Shown one piece after another: positions 1 through 7,102 of a DNA stretch of 19,487 nucleotides (the first letter of the stretch is position 1; every line of letters begins with the position of its first letter). The position numbers and the translations under genes were made by a program. The DNA is taken from contig CAZOGP010000004.1 of the NCBI GenBank assembly GCA_964579775.1, forward strand, positions 4,752 to 24,238, given 5' to 3'. The notes under the pieces were generated by a model that was not told the origin of the DNA, made no database searches, and worked only from the letters and a program-made list of their open reading frames with translations. Origin of the DNA: an uncultured Candidatus Saccharibacteria bacterium (GTDB taxonomy: Bacteria; Patescibacteriota; Minisyncoccia; Portnoybacterales; GWB1-42-6).

Positions 1-1
1 A

Positions 2-922
2 ACGCTGGAATGGGACGGCGCGGCGCTGAAAGAAAGTATAATTGACGGCGGCACGCCGGGGCGGCAAAATAGTGTTTCAAATTCCGCTGGCGCCCCCAGC
101 GCCGCGCCGAGCGACTCCCCTGCTCCCACGAACGTGGCCACGGCCTCGGCGACCCCCGCGCCGGGGTATCAGTACTCCCAGAAAATTTTTATCAACGAAT
201 TTATGCCTTGGCCGGAGACAGGAGCTAAAGAATGGGTGGAAATTATTAATTTAGACGACACCGCGATTAATCTCTCCGGCTGGCAAATTGATGATGCCAA
301 TGCTTCAACCTCGGCCCAAGCGCTGCCGGCCGACACGGTTATCGCGCCGGGTGAATTTTTAGTTATCTCTTTCAATAAAAATGTTTTAAATAATAACGAC
401 GGCGATAAAGTCCGGCTACTGTGGCCGGACGACCAAGCGGTACACGCGGTCTTATACAAGAAAGCCACCCAGAGCCAAGCCGCGGCCAAATTTGATAACG
501 GCTGGCTCTGGACCAACCGGCCAACGCCAGGCCTTGCCAACAAAAAATCTTCCGTTGGGAACAACGAGGAACTCTCTTTGGCGAACGCGTCAGTTAACAA
601 TGCCCAAGTCGTGACAACCGAAGAGACAGTAACATCCCCGGCCAGCGCGCCAGCGCGAACCGCAACGCAACCAACCAGAACACCAACACCCGTGGCCGTG
701 GCCGCCGCGACTCCGACAAACACCGCGTCAAGCAATGCCGAGGCGCTGTCTAATAATATAAACCTGACCGCCGCGGCTGGCGAACCACTCGCGAAAAATT
801 TTAATTCAAACCCGTTTTTAGCGCTTGGCGGTGTAGTTTTGCTAGCCGCGCTGGCCGCCGGCGGACTGATTTATTTCCGCCGATTATCTAAGCCTGTTGA
901 CGATTCCAGTTTTGACGATTAA
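2..922 (+). CDS. Lamin-tail-domain (LTD) surface protein, 5'-partial, with Thr/Pro/Ala-rich linker and C-terminal membrane anchor
   Basis: The frame is open from nt 2 with no stop. The track ORF starts at GTG 134 and has no signal peptide, so the gene probably continues upstream. FINEFMPWPETGAKEWVEIINL..INLSGWQIDD..PGEFLVI..NNNDGDKVRLLWPDD fits the LTD pattern. A low-complexity TPTPVAVAAATPT linker is followed by a hydrophobic C-terminus, FLALGGVVLLAALAAGGLIYFRRL. Confidence 0.7.
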   Translation, partial: TLEWDGAALKESIIDGGTPGRQNSVSNSAGAPSAAPSDSPAPTNVATASATPAPGYQYSQKIFINEFMPWPETGAKEWVEIINLDDTAINLSGWQIDDANASTSAQALPADTVIAPGEFLVISFNKNVLNNNDGDKVRLLWPDDQAVHAVLYKKATQSQAAAKFDNGWLWTNRPTPGLANKKSSVGNNEELSLANASVNNAQVVTTEETVTSPASAPARTATQPTRTPTPVAVAAATPTNTASSNAEALSNNINLTAAAGEPLAKNFNSNPFLALGGVVLLAALAAGGLIYFRRLSKPVDDSSFDD

Positions 923-939
923 CATAAAGGCGAAAAGTC

Positions 940-1079
940 GCCCCTCTTTTGTAAAGAGGGGCTGGGGGAGATTTAAAATCCTTTTTATGGGCCTAAGCGA
1001 GTCCGCTTAAATCCTCCTCTTCTGAGTCTGAAGACTCATCAGAGTCTGAACGACCTAACCCTCCTTTACGAAAGGAGGG
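940..1079. repeat. Composite multi-hairpin intergenic element (copy 1 of 2; see 18804-18940)
   Basis: Palindromes are GCCCCTCTTT-tgt-AAAGAGGGGC (940-962, followed by CTGGGGGAG), TAAGCG-agtc-CGCTTA (994-1009), TGAGTC-tgaa-GACTCA (1023-1038) and CCCTCCTTT-acg-AAAGGAGGG (1059-1079). GAGTCTGAA is directly repeated at 1024-1032 and 1042-1050. Confidence 0.6.
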
Positions 1080-1126
1080 AATTGATTCGTATATTCGTAC
1101 TTTTTCGTAATTAGTAGTCAATTATT

Positions 1127-1852
1127 ATGTCCGGACATAATAAATGGTCCCAGATCAAACACCGTAAAGCGCTCACGGACGCCAAAAAGGGCAAGGTTTT
1201 CAGTAAAATGGCGCGACTAATTACTATTGCCAGCCACGCCAAAGGCAAAGACCCGCAAGTTAATCCCACCCTGCGCACGCTCATGGATAAAGCGCGCTCT
1301 TTAAATATGCCCATAGATAACATTGAGCGGGCTATCGCCAAAGGCGCGGGAGAACTGGCCGGCGCGCAAATTGAAGAATTTTTGCTGGAAGCCTACGGTC
1401 CCGGCGGCTCGGCCCTGCTCATTGAAGGTGCCACCGACAACCGCAACCGCTCAATTTCCGAGCTCAAGTTTTTGCTGGGAGAGCATGGCGGTAAAATCGC
1501 CAACCCCGGAGCTGTCGCTTATCTTTTTGAAAGACAGGGCCTAATCACCGTAAAAATTTCTCCTGCCCAAAAAGACGAGCTGGAACTGCTGGCGATCGAC
1601 GCAGGCGCGCAGGACATCAAACAGGCGGACGAGGAAACCGTGGAAATCTATACCAAACCCGATGAACTGGATAAAATAAAAAAGTCGCTGGAAGAAAAAA
1701 ATATTAAGACCGAAGATATCTCGCTCGTCTGGCTTGCCAAGAACGAAACACAAATTGCCGAAGCTAAAGACAAAGAACGCCTGGAAAAACTTTTTGAGGC
1801 GCTGGATGAACACGACGACGTTAATGAGGTCTTCACCAATATCAGCGACTAA
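1127..1852 (+). CDS. yebC: YebC/PmpR-family (TACO1-like) transcriptional/translational regulator
   Basis: N-terminus MSGHNKWSQIKHRKALTDAKKGKVFSKMARLITIA is the hallmark YebC start. Length is 241 aa and it sits in the conserved yebC-ruvC gene pair. Confidence 0.9.
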   Translation: MSGHNKWSQIKHRKALTDAKKGKVFSKMARLITIASHAKGKDPQVNPTLRTLMDKARSLNMPIDNIERAIAKGAGELAGAQIEEFLLEAYGPGGSALLIEGATDNRNRSISELKFLLGEHGGKIANPGAVAYLFERQGLITVKISPAQKDELELLAIDAGAQDIKQADEETVEIYTKPDELDKIKKSLEEKNIKTEDISLVWLAKNETQIAEAKDKERLEKLFEALDEHDDVNEVFTNISD

Positions 1853-1857
1853 AGTTT

Positions 1858-2328
1858 ATGTTAATTCTCGGCATTGACCCGGGCACCGCGCGGATCGGCG
1901 CGGGACTCATTGAATACAAAGATAAGAAAGCCAGCGTTGTTTGCTATGACTGCTTAGAAACCAGCGCTAAAAACAGCACCGCCGAGCGCTTGCGCGACCT
2001 GCACAAGCAATTAACTAAATTCATTAAAAAACACCAACCCGCCGTTGTCGCGGTGGAAGACTTATTTTTCTTTAAAAACGTCAAGACCGTCATAAAGGTG
2101 AGCCAGGCCCGAGGCGTCATCCTGCTGGCTGCCGCCCAGGCAAAACTTCCGGTCTATGAATATACGCCTTTGCAAATCAAACAAGCCCTCACCGGCTACG
2201 GCCGCGCCGAAAAAAAACAAATACAACAAATGGTTAAAGTTATCCTGAACCTAAAAGAGATACCCAAGCCCGATGACGCGGCCGACGCCCTGGCGATAGC
2301 CATCTGTTGCGCCCATTCGTTAAGATAA
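1858..2328 (+). CDS. ruvC: Crossover junction endodeoxyribonuclease RuvC
   Basis: ILGIDPGTARIGAG (catalytic Asp), VAVEDLFF (Glu) and KPDDAADALAIAICC (acidic pair). It is 156 aa and lies 5 nt after yebC. Confidence 0.9.
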   Translation: MLILGIDPGTARIGAGLIEYKDKKASVVCYDCLETSAKNSTAERLRDLHKQLTKFIKKHQPAVVAVEDLFFFKNVKTVIKVSQARGVILLAAAQAKLPVYEYTPLQIKQALTGYGRAEKKQIQQMVKVILNLKEIPKPDDAADALAIAICCAHSLR

Positions 2329-2343
2329 TACCAATAAATATTC

Positions 2344-2433
2344 CCTGTCATTCCCGCGAAAGCGGAAATGACAGGTTCTGTGCCACATTGAACCTGTTTA
2401 GGGCCTGGATCCCGGCTCAAGGCCGGGATGACA
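2344..2433. repeat. Short palindromic repeat family 'GTCAT/CTGGAT-YCCCG', intergenic copy A
   Basis: CCTGTCATTCCCGC-gaaa-GCGGAAATGACAGG (2344-2375) and CTGGATCCCGGC-tcaag-GCCGGGATGACA (2405-2433). Related modules lie at 12606-12717, 14033-14116 and 17108-17159. Confidence 0.75.
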
Positions 2434-2464
2434 ATCAGAAAACGTTATCCCCAACCCCGACCTA

Positions 2465-2493
2465 TTGACACAGATTTCAGATTAAAATAAAAT
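2465..2493 (+). promoter_or_regulatory. Sigma-70-type promoter (TTGACA - 17 nt - TAAAAT)
   Basis: Perfect -35 TTGACA at 2465-2470, a 17-nt spacer and -10 TAAAAT at 2488-2493. It is oriented toward the structured element and the small acidic ORF. Confidence 0.5.
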
Positions 2494-2522
2494 AACGGCA
2501 CGGAAAAATTCCTCCCCTGAAA

Positions 2523-2659
2523 CCCCCACACCTAATCAGGAATTATTTTACAAAAAATATTTTCCGACTAAAAAATAACCTCCATTTTATTTCAAGTCCC
2601 CAGCCTAGTCGCTTATTAATTCCGCCGACGGAATTCATTTTCCTGATTAGGTGTGGGGG
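2523..2659 (+). ncRNA. 137-nt structured element closed by a perfect 20-bp inverted repeat (leader RNA, ncRNA or MITE-like)
   Basis: CCCCCACACCTAATCAGGAA (2523-2542) is the exact reverse complement of 2640-2659. Inside are CGACTA...TAGTCG and AATTCCG-ccga-CGGAATT, giving three-way-junction-like geometry. It lies about 25 nt downstream of the predicted promoter. Confidence 0.4.
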
Positions 2660-2705
2660 AAAGGTCGAATTTATTGTTTTAAATAATTTTTAACTATTTT
2701 CAAAA

Positions 2706-2894
2706 ATGACGACTTTCTCTTTTTACCCGGGAGACGAGGACCAGGACCCGAAAAAGACCGACCCGACGGACGACCCATTGGTCGATGATCCAGCGGAAGA
2801 GGAAACCGAAGAAAAGGAATCGACCCCGGACGCGGACGAAGACGACCTGCTTGACGGGGATGACGGCATTGTGGAAGGCGAGGAAATTGAATAG
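2706..2894 (+). CDS. Hypothetical 62-aa hyper-acidic protein (27 Asp/Glu, 3 Lys)
   Basis: ATG-initiated ORF with strong period-3 GAN codon pattern. It has its own upstream promoter (2465-2493) and a hairpin terminator directly downstream (2907-2945). No SD is present, but most genes here lack one. Confidence 0.5.
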   Translation: MTTFSFYPGDEDQDPKKTDPTDDPLVDDPAEEETEEKESTPDADEDDLLDGDDGIVEGEEIE

Positions 2895-2906
2895 CTTTTA
2901 AAAAAG

Positions 2907-2945
2907 AAAAACCGCCCCAAGTTAAACTTAGGGCGGTTTTTCTTT
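2907..2945 (+). terminator. Rho-independent terminator (A-tract / GC stem / T-tract)
   Basis: AAAAACCGCCCCAAGTT-aa-ACTTAGGGCGGTTTTTCTTT: a 12-bp stem with one mismatch, followed by a T-run. Confidence 0.7.
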
Positions 2946-2959
2946 CTACCCTTAACGGC

Positions 2960-2988
2960 TTGAAAAATAAAGATTTTTTTGGCATAAT
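2960..2988 (+). promoter_or_regulatory. Sigma-70-type promoter for the PBP gene (TTGAAA - 17 nt - CATAAT)
   Basis: -35 TTGAAA at 2960-2965, a 17-nt spacer and -10 CATAAT at 2983-2988, 22 nt before the ATG at 3010. Confidence 0.45.
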
Positions 2989-3009
2989 TATATTATTGAT
3001 TTATAAGCA

Positions 3010-5565
3010 ATGAACGTTTTTTACCGTCTGCGTAAAAGAAAAGCCCGGAATTGGTGGCCACGGCTTTTTAAGCTGGCCGCGTGGCTTTTTGTTGGCGCCG
3101 TGCTTTTTGTTTTGGCCGCCTTTCTTTACTACACCAAAGACCTGCCTAGCCCCAACGAAATAAATGAACGGCAAGTCACCCAGTCCACTAAGATCTACGA
3201 CCGCGCGGGCCAGGTCCTGCTTTATGACATTCACGGCGAAGAAAAACGGACGATCGTGACCATTGACCAGATCTCTACGTACCTCAAAGAAGCCACCGTC
3301 GCAACCGAAGACGCTAATTTCTACCACCACTTCGGCTTGGACTTCAAAGGCATCGCGCGGGCGGCGTTGGGCATCCTGACCGGCAACCAGAGCGCCGGCG
3401 GCGGCTCAACCATTACCCAGCAATTCGTAAAAAATTCCCTCTTAAGCAACGAGCGTACCTGGGCGCGCAAGATCAAAGAAGCGGTCTTGTCGCTAGAGAT
3501 GGAGCGGCGCTACAGCAAGGATGAGATCCTGGCCCTCTATCTTAATCAAGTGCCCTATGGTTCCAACGCCTACGGCGTTGAAGCGGCGACCCAGACATTT
3601 TTTAACAAGTCGGCCAAGGATCTAACTCTGGCCGAAAGCGCGGCTTTGGCTGCCCTACCCCAATCGCCCTCTCGGCTTTCGCCCTACGGCTCTCACCCAG
3701 AAGAACTCAAAGCCCGCCAAGAATACATTTTGGACCGCATGGTCAAAACCGGCTACCTCACCCAAGAAGAAGCTGATGCCGCCAAAAAAGAACCGCTGAA
3801 TTTTTCTTCCGCGCCCCATAGCATTAAAGCGCCGCATTTTGTCATGTATGTTAAAGAATACCTGGAAGCTAAATACGGCCAGGACGCGCTGGAAACGCAA
3901 GGACTGAAAGTCTACACCACCCTGGACTGGGAGATGCAGCAAGCAGCCGAGGAAATAATCAGCGCGGGCGCCAAAAACAACGCCAAAAAATACGGCGCTA
4001 AAAATGCCGCCTTGGCCGCCCTTGACCCTAAGACCGGACAGATATTAGCCATGGTCGGCTCGGCTGATTATTTTGACACGGCCAACGACGGCAACGTCAA
4101 CGTGACGATCCGCGACCGCCAGCCCGGCTCTTCTTTTAAGCCCTTCGCCTACGCCACGGCCTTTGCCAAGGGTTACACGCCCGCTACCGTGCTCTTCGAT
4201 GTTAAAACCGAATTCAACCCCAATTGCTCGGCCGACGCCACCCAGGAGAAAGACCAGTACGGCCTGGACTGCTATCACCCGGGAGACTACGACGACAAGC
4301 TCCGCGGCCCCGTAACCGCGCGCGAGGCGCTGGCGCAATCTTTAAATATTCCGTCCGTACAAATGCTGTATCTGGCCGGCATCACCGAGACGATCAAGAC
4401 CGCCAAGAGCCTGGGCATCACCTCGCTTAACGCCGACTATTACGGCTTATCGCTGGTGCTGGGCGGTGGCGAAGTGAAACTGCTGGACGAAGTGGCGGCT
4501 TATGGTGTCTTTGCCAATGAAGGGGTAAAAAACGCCAAAACGCCGATCTTAAAAATAGAAGACCAAAGCGGCAATATCCTGGAAGAATATAAATCCGATC
4601 CTAAAAAAGTTATGGAACCGCAGACCACGCGCCTGGTTTCTGATATTTTATCCGACAACAACGCCCGCGCTCCGGTTTTTGGCGCCAACTCCGCCCTATA
4701 TTTTCCCGAGCGGCCCGTCGCCGCTAAAACCGGCACGACCCAGATGTACCGCGACGCCTGGACACTGGGCTACACGCCCTCGCTGGTCGCCGGAGTCTGG
4801 GTCGGCAACAATAATAACGACCCGATGTCCAAGGCCGGCGCGGGGCTGGCTGCAGCCGGGCCTTTGTGGCACGATTTTATTAAAAAAGCCTACGTACTGA
4901 AAAATAAATGCGAAGGCCCCAACGCTTTCTGCTTGCCCGGTAAGGTGGAATTTTTCACCCAACCAGAACCATCTCAAACCAATAAAGCCACGCTGAATGG
5001 TTCATACCTGTCCGAACAAACCGTTAAAGTAGATAAAATATCCGGCGCCCTAGCCACTGACCAGACGCCGCCGGACCTGATCGTGGAAAAAACCACCCAA
5101 TCAACCCATAATATCTTATACTACGTGAAAAAAGACGACCCGCAGGGAGATTGGCCGCAAAACCCCCAAGACGATGAACAGTATAAAAACTGGGAAGCCG
5201 CCGCGCAAGAGTGGCTCGCAGCGCGCGGCTTGACGATCGCTGACCAAAACACACCCAACCAAACCGACCAGCTCCACACGCCAGCCAACATTCCTAAAAT
5301 CCAAATCCTCTCCCCTGGCGTTAACCAAACCGTTATCGGTTCTTCTCTTCTCATCCAAACCAACATCATTGCGCCGCTGGGCGTCAAACAAGTCGACTTT
5401 TTCTTGAACGATATTTTCCTGGGTTCGACCATGTCATCACCCTACCAATTGACCGCCACGCTACCCGCGAGCGTTCAGAACGGACAAGCCACGCTCACGG
5501 TCCGCGCCTATGACGTCGCGCTTAACCGGCAAGAAGAAAAAGTTATAATTTATATCAACCGCTAA
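3010..5565 (+). CDS. Class A penicillin-binding protein (GT51 transglycosylase + transpeptidase) with long C-terminal extension
   Basis: N-terminal TM anchor. GT51 motifs are EDANFYHHFGLD, GGSTITQQFVKN and RKIKEAVLSLEMERRYSKDEILALYLNQVPYG. Transpeptidase motifs are SSFKPF (SxxK), SLN (SxN) and KTGTT. About 230 further residues end in a beta-rich Ig-like segment. Confidence 0.9.
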   Translation: MNVFYRLRKRKARNWWPRLFKLAAWLFVGAVLFVLAAFLYYTKDLPSPNEINERQVTQSTKIYDRAGQVLLYDIHGEEKRTIVTIDQISTYLKEATVATEDANFYHHFGLDFKGIARAALGILTGNQSAGGGSTITQQFVKNSLLSNERTWARKIKEAVLSLEMERRYSKDEILALYLNQVPYGSNAYGVEAATQTFFNKSAKDLTLAESAALAALPQSPSRLSPYGSHPEELKARQEYILDRMVKTGYLTQEEADAAKKEPLNFSSAPHSIKAPHFVMYVKEYLEAKYGQDALETQGLKVYTTLDWEMQQAAEEIISAGAKNNAKKYGAKNAALAALDPKTGQILAMVGSADYFDTANDGNVNVTIRDRQPGSSFKPFAYATAFAKGYTPATVLFDVKTEFNPNCSADATQEKDQYGLDCYHPGDYDDKLRGPVTAREALAQSLNIPSVQMLYLAGITETIKTAKSLGITSLNADYYGLSLVLGGGEVKLLDEVAAYGVFANEGVKNAKTPILKIEDQSGNILEEYKSDPKKVMEPQTTRLVSDILSDNNARAPVFGANSALYFPERPVAAKTGTTQMYRDAWTLGYTPSLVAGVWVGNNNNDPMSKAGAGLAAAGPLWHDFIKKAYVLKNKCEGPNAFCLPGKVEFFTQPEPSQTNKATLNGSYLSEQTVKVDKISGALATDQTPPDLIVEKTTQSTHNILYYVKKDDPQGDWPQNPQDDEQYKNWEAAAQEWLAARGLTIADQNTPNQTDQLHTPANIPKIQILSPGVNQTVIGSSLLIQTNIIAPLGVKQVDFFLNDIFLGSTMSSPYQLTATLPASVQNGQATLTVRAYDVALNRQEEKVIIYINR

Positions 5566-5665
5566 AATAAAATTTACCGGATAACAACCCGAAAAACTCA
5601 TAGTCCCATACACTGGACTATAGGACTATAAATTATTTTCTTTTATCTGGTCTCCGCCTTTCACC

Positions 5666-5706
5666 AAAAAAACCGCCCGGAGCGTAGTCGAGGGGGCGGT
5701 TTTTTA
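5666..5706. terminator. Bidirectional intrinsic terminator between convergent PBP and dciA genes
   Basis: AAAAAAACCGCCC-ggagcgtagtcgaggg-GGGCGGTTTTTT: a GC stem flanked by an A-run and a T-run. Confidence 0.6.
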
Positions 5707-6000
5707 ACTGACGAAACTTATTTTTTCTACTCTTACCCAGCTATTCCTTCGCCTAACCTCTTCCAGAATCCTTAACTCCCTTAATTTAAGTTCACTCGCC
5801 CAAACAGAATTCAGGCAATCAACCATCAAAACTTCATTTTTCAAATTGATCACTTTCGATTTATTCTTGAATTTATCGCCGGCTATCTTTTGTAAAATAT
5901 CATCCCAGTCATTCTTAAGCTCGGCGAAGCGCCAAATCCGTTCTAGCCCCAGACTTTTTATTTTATTTGGGATAACCCAGGCAATTGAAGTCCAGCTCAT
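5704..6000 (-). CDS. dciA: DUF721/DciA-family protein (putative replicative helicase operator)
   Basis: 98 aa. W..DILQKIAGDKF..SKVINLKNEVLMVDCLNSVWASELKLRELRILEEV fits the DUF721 pattern (W..ivG...s.p..l..g.L.V.v.ssvWa.EL). The start lies 1 nt after the dnaN stop, which is the classical dnaA-dnaN-dciA position. Confidence 0.7.
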   Translation of the reverse strand: MSWTSIAWVIPNKIKSLGLERIWRFAELKNDWDDILQKIAGDKFKNKSKVINLKNEVLMVDCLNSVWASELKLRELRILEEVRRRNSWVRVEKISFVS

Positions 6001-6001
6001 T

Positions 6002-7102
6002 TTAATTAGCCTTGATCGGCATTACGAGATATATGTAAGACTCATCTCCGATCGGCCTGAAAACAGCGGGGTTGGAGTCCGAATTCATCCCTAAAAACAC
6101 CTGCTTAGTTCCAATATTAGCCAATCCTTCCAGCAAATAACGGTAGTTAAAGCTAATCTCGACTTTTTTACCTTTGGTCTCCGCCTTGATCTGTGATTTA
6201 TTCTCTCCCAGATCCGGGTCTTGTGACAAAACTTCAACCAGCCCTTCACCCAAAGAAACTTTTATATTATTAGTTTTACTGCTAAAAACCGAGGCGGCGC
6301 GAATAATGTTTAATAGTTCTGCTTTGTCAATTGTCGCCTGCGTAGAAAAATTTTTAGGAACGATTTGTTGATAGTCCGGATACTGCCCTTCAATTAACCG
6401 GGAAATAACCTGCGCGTCCCCGCCGTCAAATAAAATCTGCCCTGCCCCCAGATAAATTTTCATTTCCCCTTCTCTTTCGCCCAATATCCTAATTATCTCT
6501 TGGGCTGTTTTTTGCGGCACGATCAAAGACCTAATCTCGTCTGATTTTTTATTAGTCTCAAATATTATTTTTTCGGCCAAGCGAAAGCTGTCGGTCGCGG
6601 CTAGTTTCAGTTCTTTTTTCTCAAATTTAAACAGCACGCCGGTTATTTCCGGTCGGGACTCGGAAAGAGAAGCCAACCCCACCACCTTCAATAAGGCGTC
6701 TTTTAAAACGCTGTTTTTAATTTCAATTAGCGCTTCGCCGTCTATTTTGGGAATAATCGGAAAATCGTCCGCCGATAAACCGTTTAGCGTCGCCCGGTAA
6801 TTATCGCATTTTATGACCAAATTATTACCCCTAACCTCCAGTTCTATTTTTTTATTCGGCAAATTATTAATAAAACCGGTTAGCACCTTGGCGGGACAGG
6901 TTATTGCTCCATTTTTTTCAATTTTCCCAGAAGTCCAAGTGTTGATGCCAATTTCCAGGTTGGTCGAAGAAATCTTTAAGCGACCCTCTTTGGTGGCCAG
7001 TAAAACATTATTCAAGATTGGCAACGTCAAGTTCCGGCCAATAATATTTTGGGTTAGATTTAAACTATTTTTTAAGTTTTCCTGAAGGCAGGTGATTTTC
7101 AT
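6002..7102 (-). CDS. dnaN: DNA polymerase III beta sliding clamp
   Basis: 366 aa. N-terminus MKITCLQENLKNSLNLTQNIIGRNLTLPILNNVLL is typical, with C-terminal PAVFRP...YIYLVMPI. It lies immediately downstream of dnaA. Confidence 0.92.
   Translation of the reverse strand: MKITCLQENLKNSLNLTQNIIGRNLTLPILNNVLLATKEGRLKISSTNLEIGINTWTSGKIEKNGAITCPAKVLTGFINNLPNKKIELEVRGNNLVIKCDNYRATLNGLSADDFPIIPKIDGEALIEIKNSVLKDALLKVVGLASLSESRPEITGVLFKFEKKELKLAATDSFRLAEKIIFETNKKSDEIRSLIVPQKTAQEIIRILGEREGEMKIYLGAGQILFDGGDAQVISRLIEGQYPDYQQIVPKNFSTQATIDKAELLNIIRAASVFSSKTNNIKVSLGEGLVEVLSQDPDLGENKSQIKAETKGKKVEISFNYRYLLEGLANIGTKQVFLGMNSDSNPAVFRPIGDESYIYLVMPIKAN

Noticed and set aside
169-735. 188-aa minus-strand ORF antisense to the LTD gene. 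Similar long antisense or off-frame ORFs lie inside the PBP gene (3655-3942, 4045-4338, 4696-4977, 5121-5432), dnaA (8150-8428, 8199-8459, 8419-8814) and the TolB-like gene (15653-16141, 15921-16298).
   Set aside because: They overlap genes with strong family motifs on the other strand or frame, have low-complexity or biased composition, and carry no recognisable motifs. They are treated as shadow ORFs.
1071-1079. AGGAGG-type sequences in the composite hairpin elements (1071-1079, 18931-18940) as ribosome binding sites.
   Set aside because: They are 48 nt or more from the nearest start codon or on the wrong strand, and are base-paired within palindromes.
1082-1110. Possible promoter TTGATT...CGTAAT upstream of yebC.
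   Set aside because: The -10 is poor at any 16-18 nt spacing, so it is not reported as a feature.
2196-2420. 74-aa minus-strand ORF spanning the ruvC 3' end and the palindromic repeat.
   Set aside because: Half of it is antisense to ruvC and the rest is a read-through of repeat copy A, giving a repeat-derived spurious peptide.
2523-2659. Calling the 20-bp inverted-repeat element a definite MITE or mobile element.
   Set aside because: There is no clear target-site duplication (only AAA on both sides), no second copy in this window and no transposase. It is left as an unresolved structured element.
2671-2985. 104-aa basic minus-strand ORF (and 2723-2920) antisense to the acidic ORF.
   Set aside because: It runs through the terminator hairpin and has no promoter on its side. 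It looks like the mirror image of a GAN-rich coding frame. The plus-strand ORF is bracketed by a promoter and a terminator.
5601-5630. Small hairpin or tandem motif TAGTCC-catacact-GGACTA followed by a second GGACTATA downstream of the PBP gene.
   Set aside because: It has only a 6-bp stem and one tandem 8-mer. This is too little signal to call a site, and the real terminator is the GC hairpin at 5666-5706.
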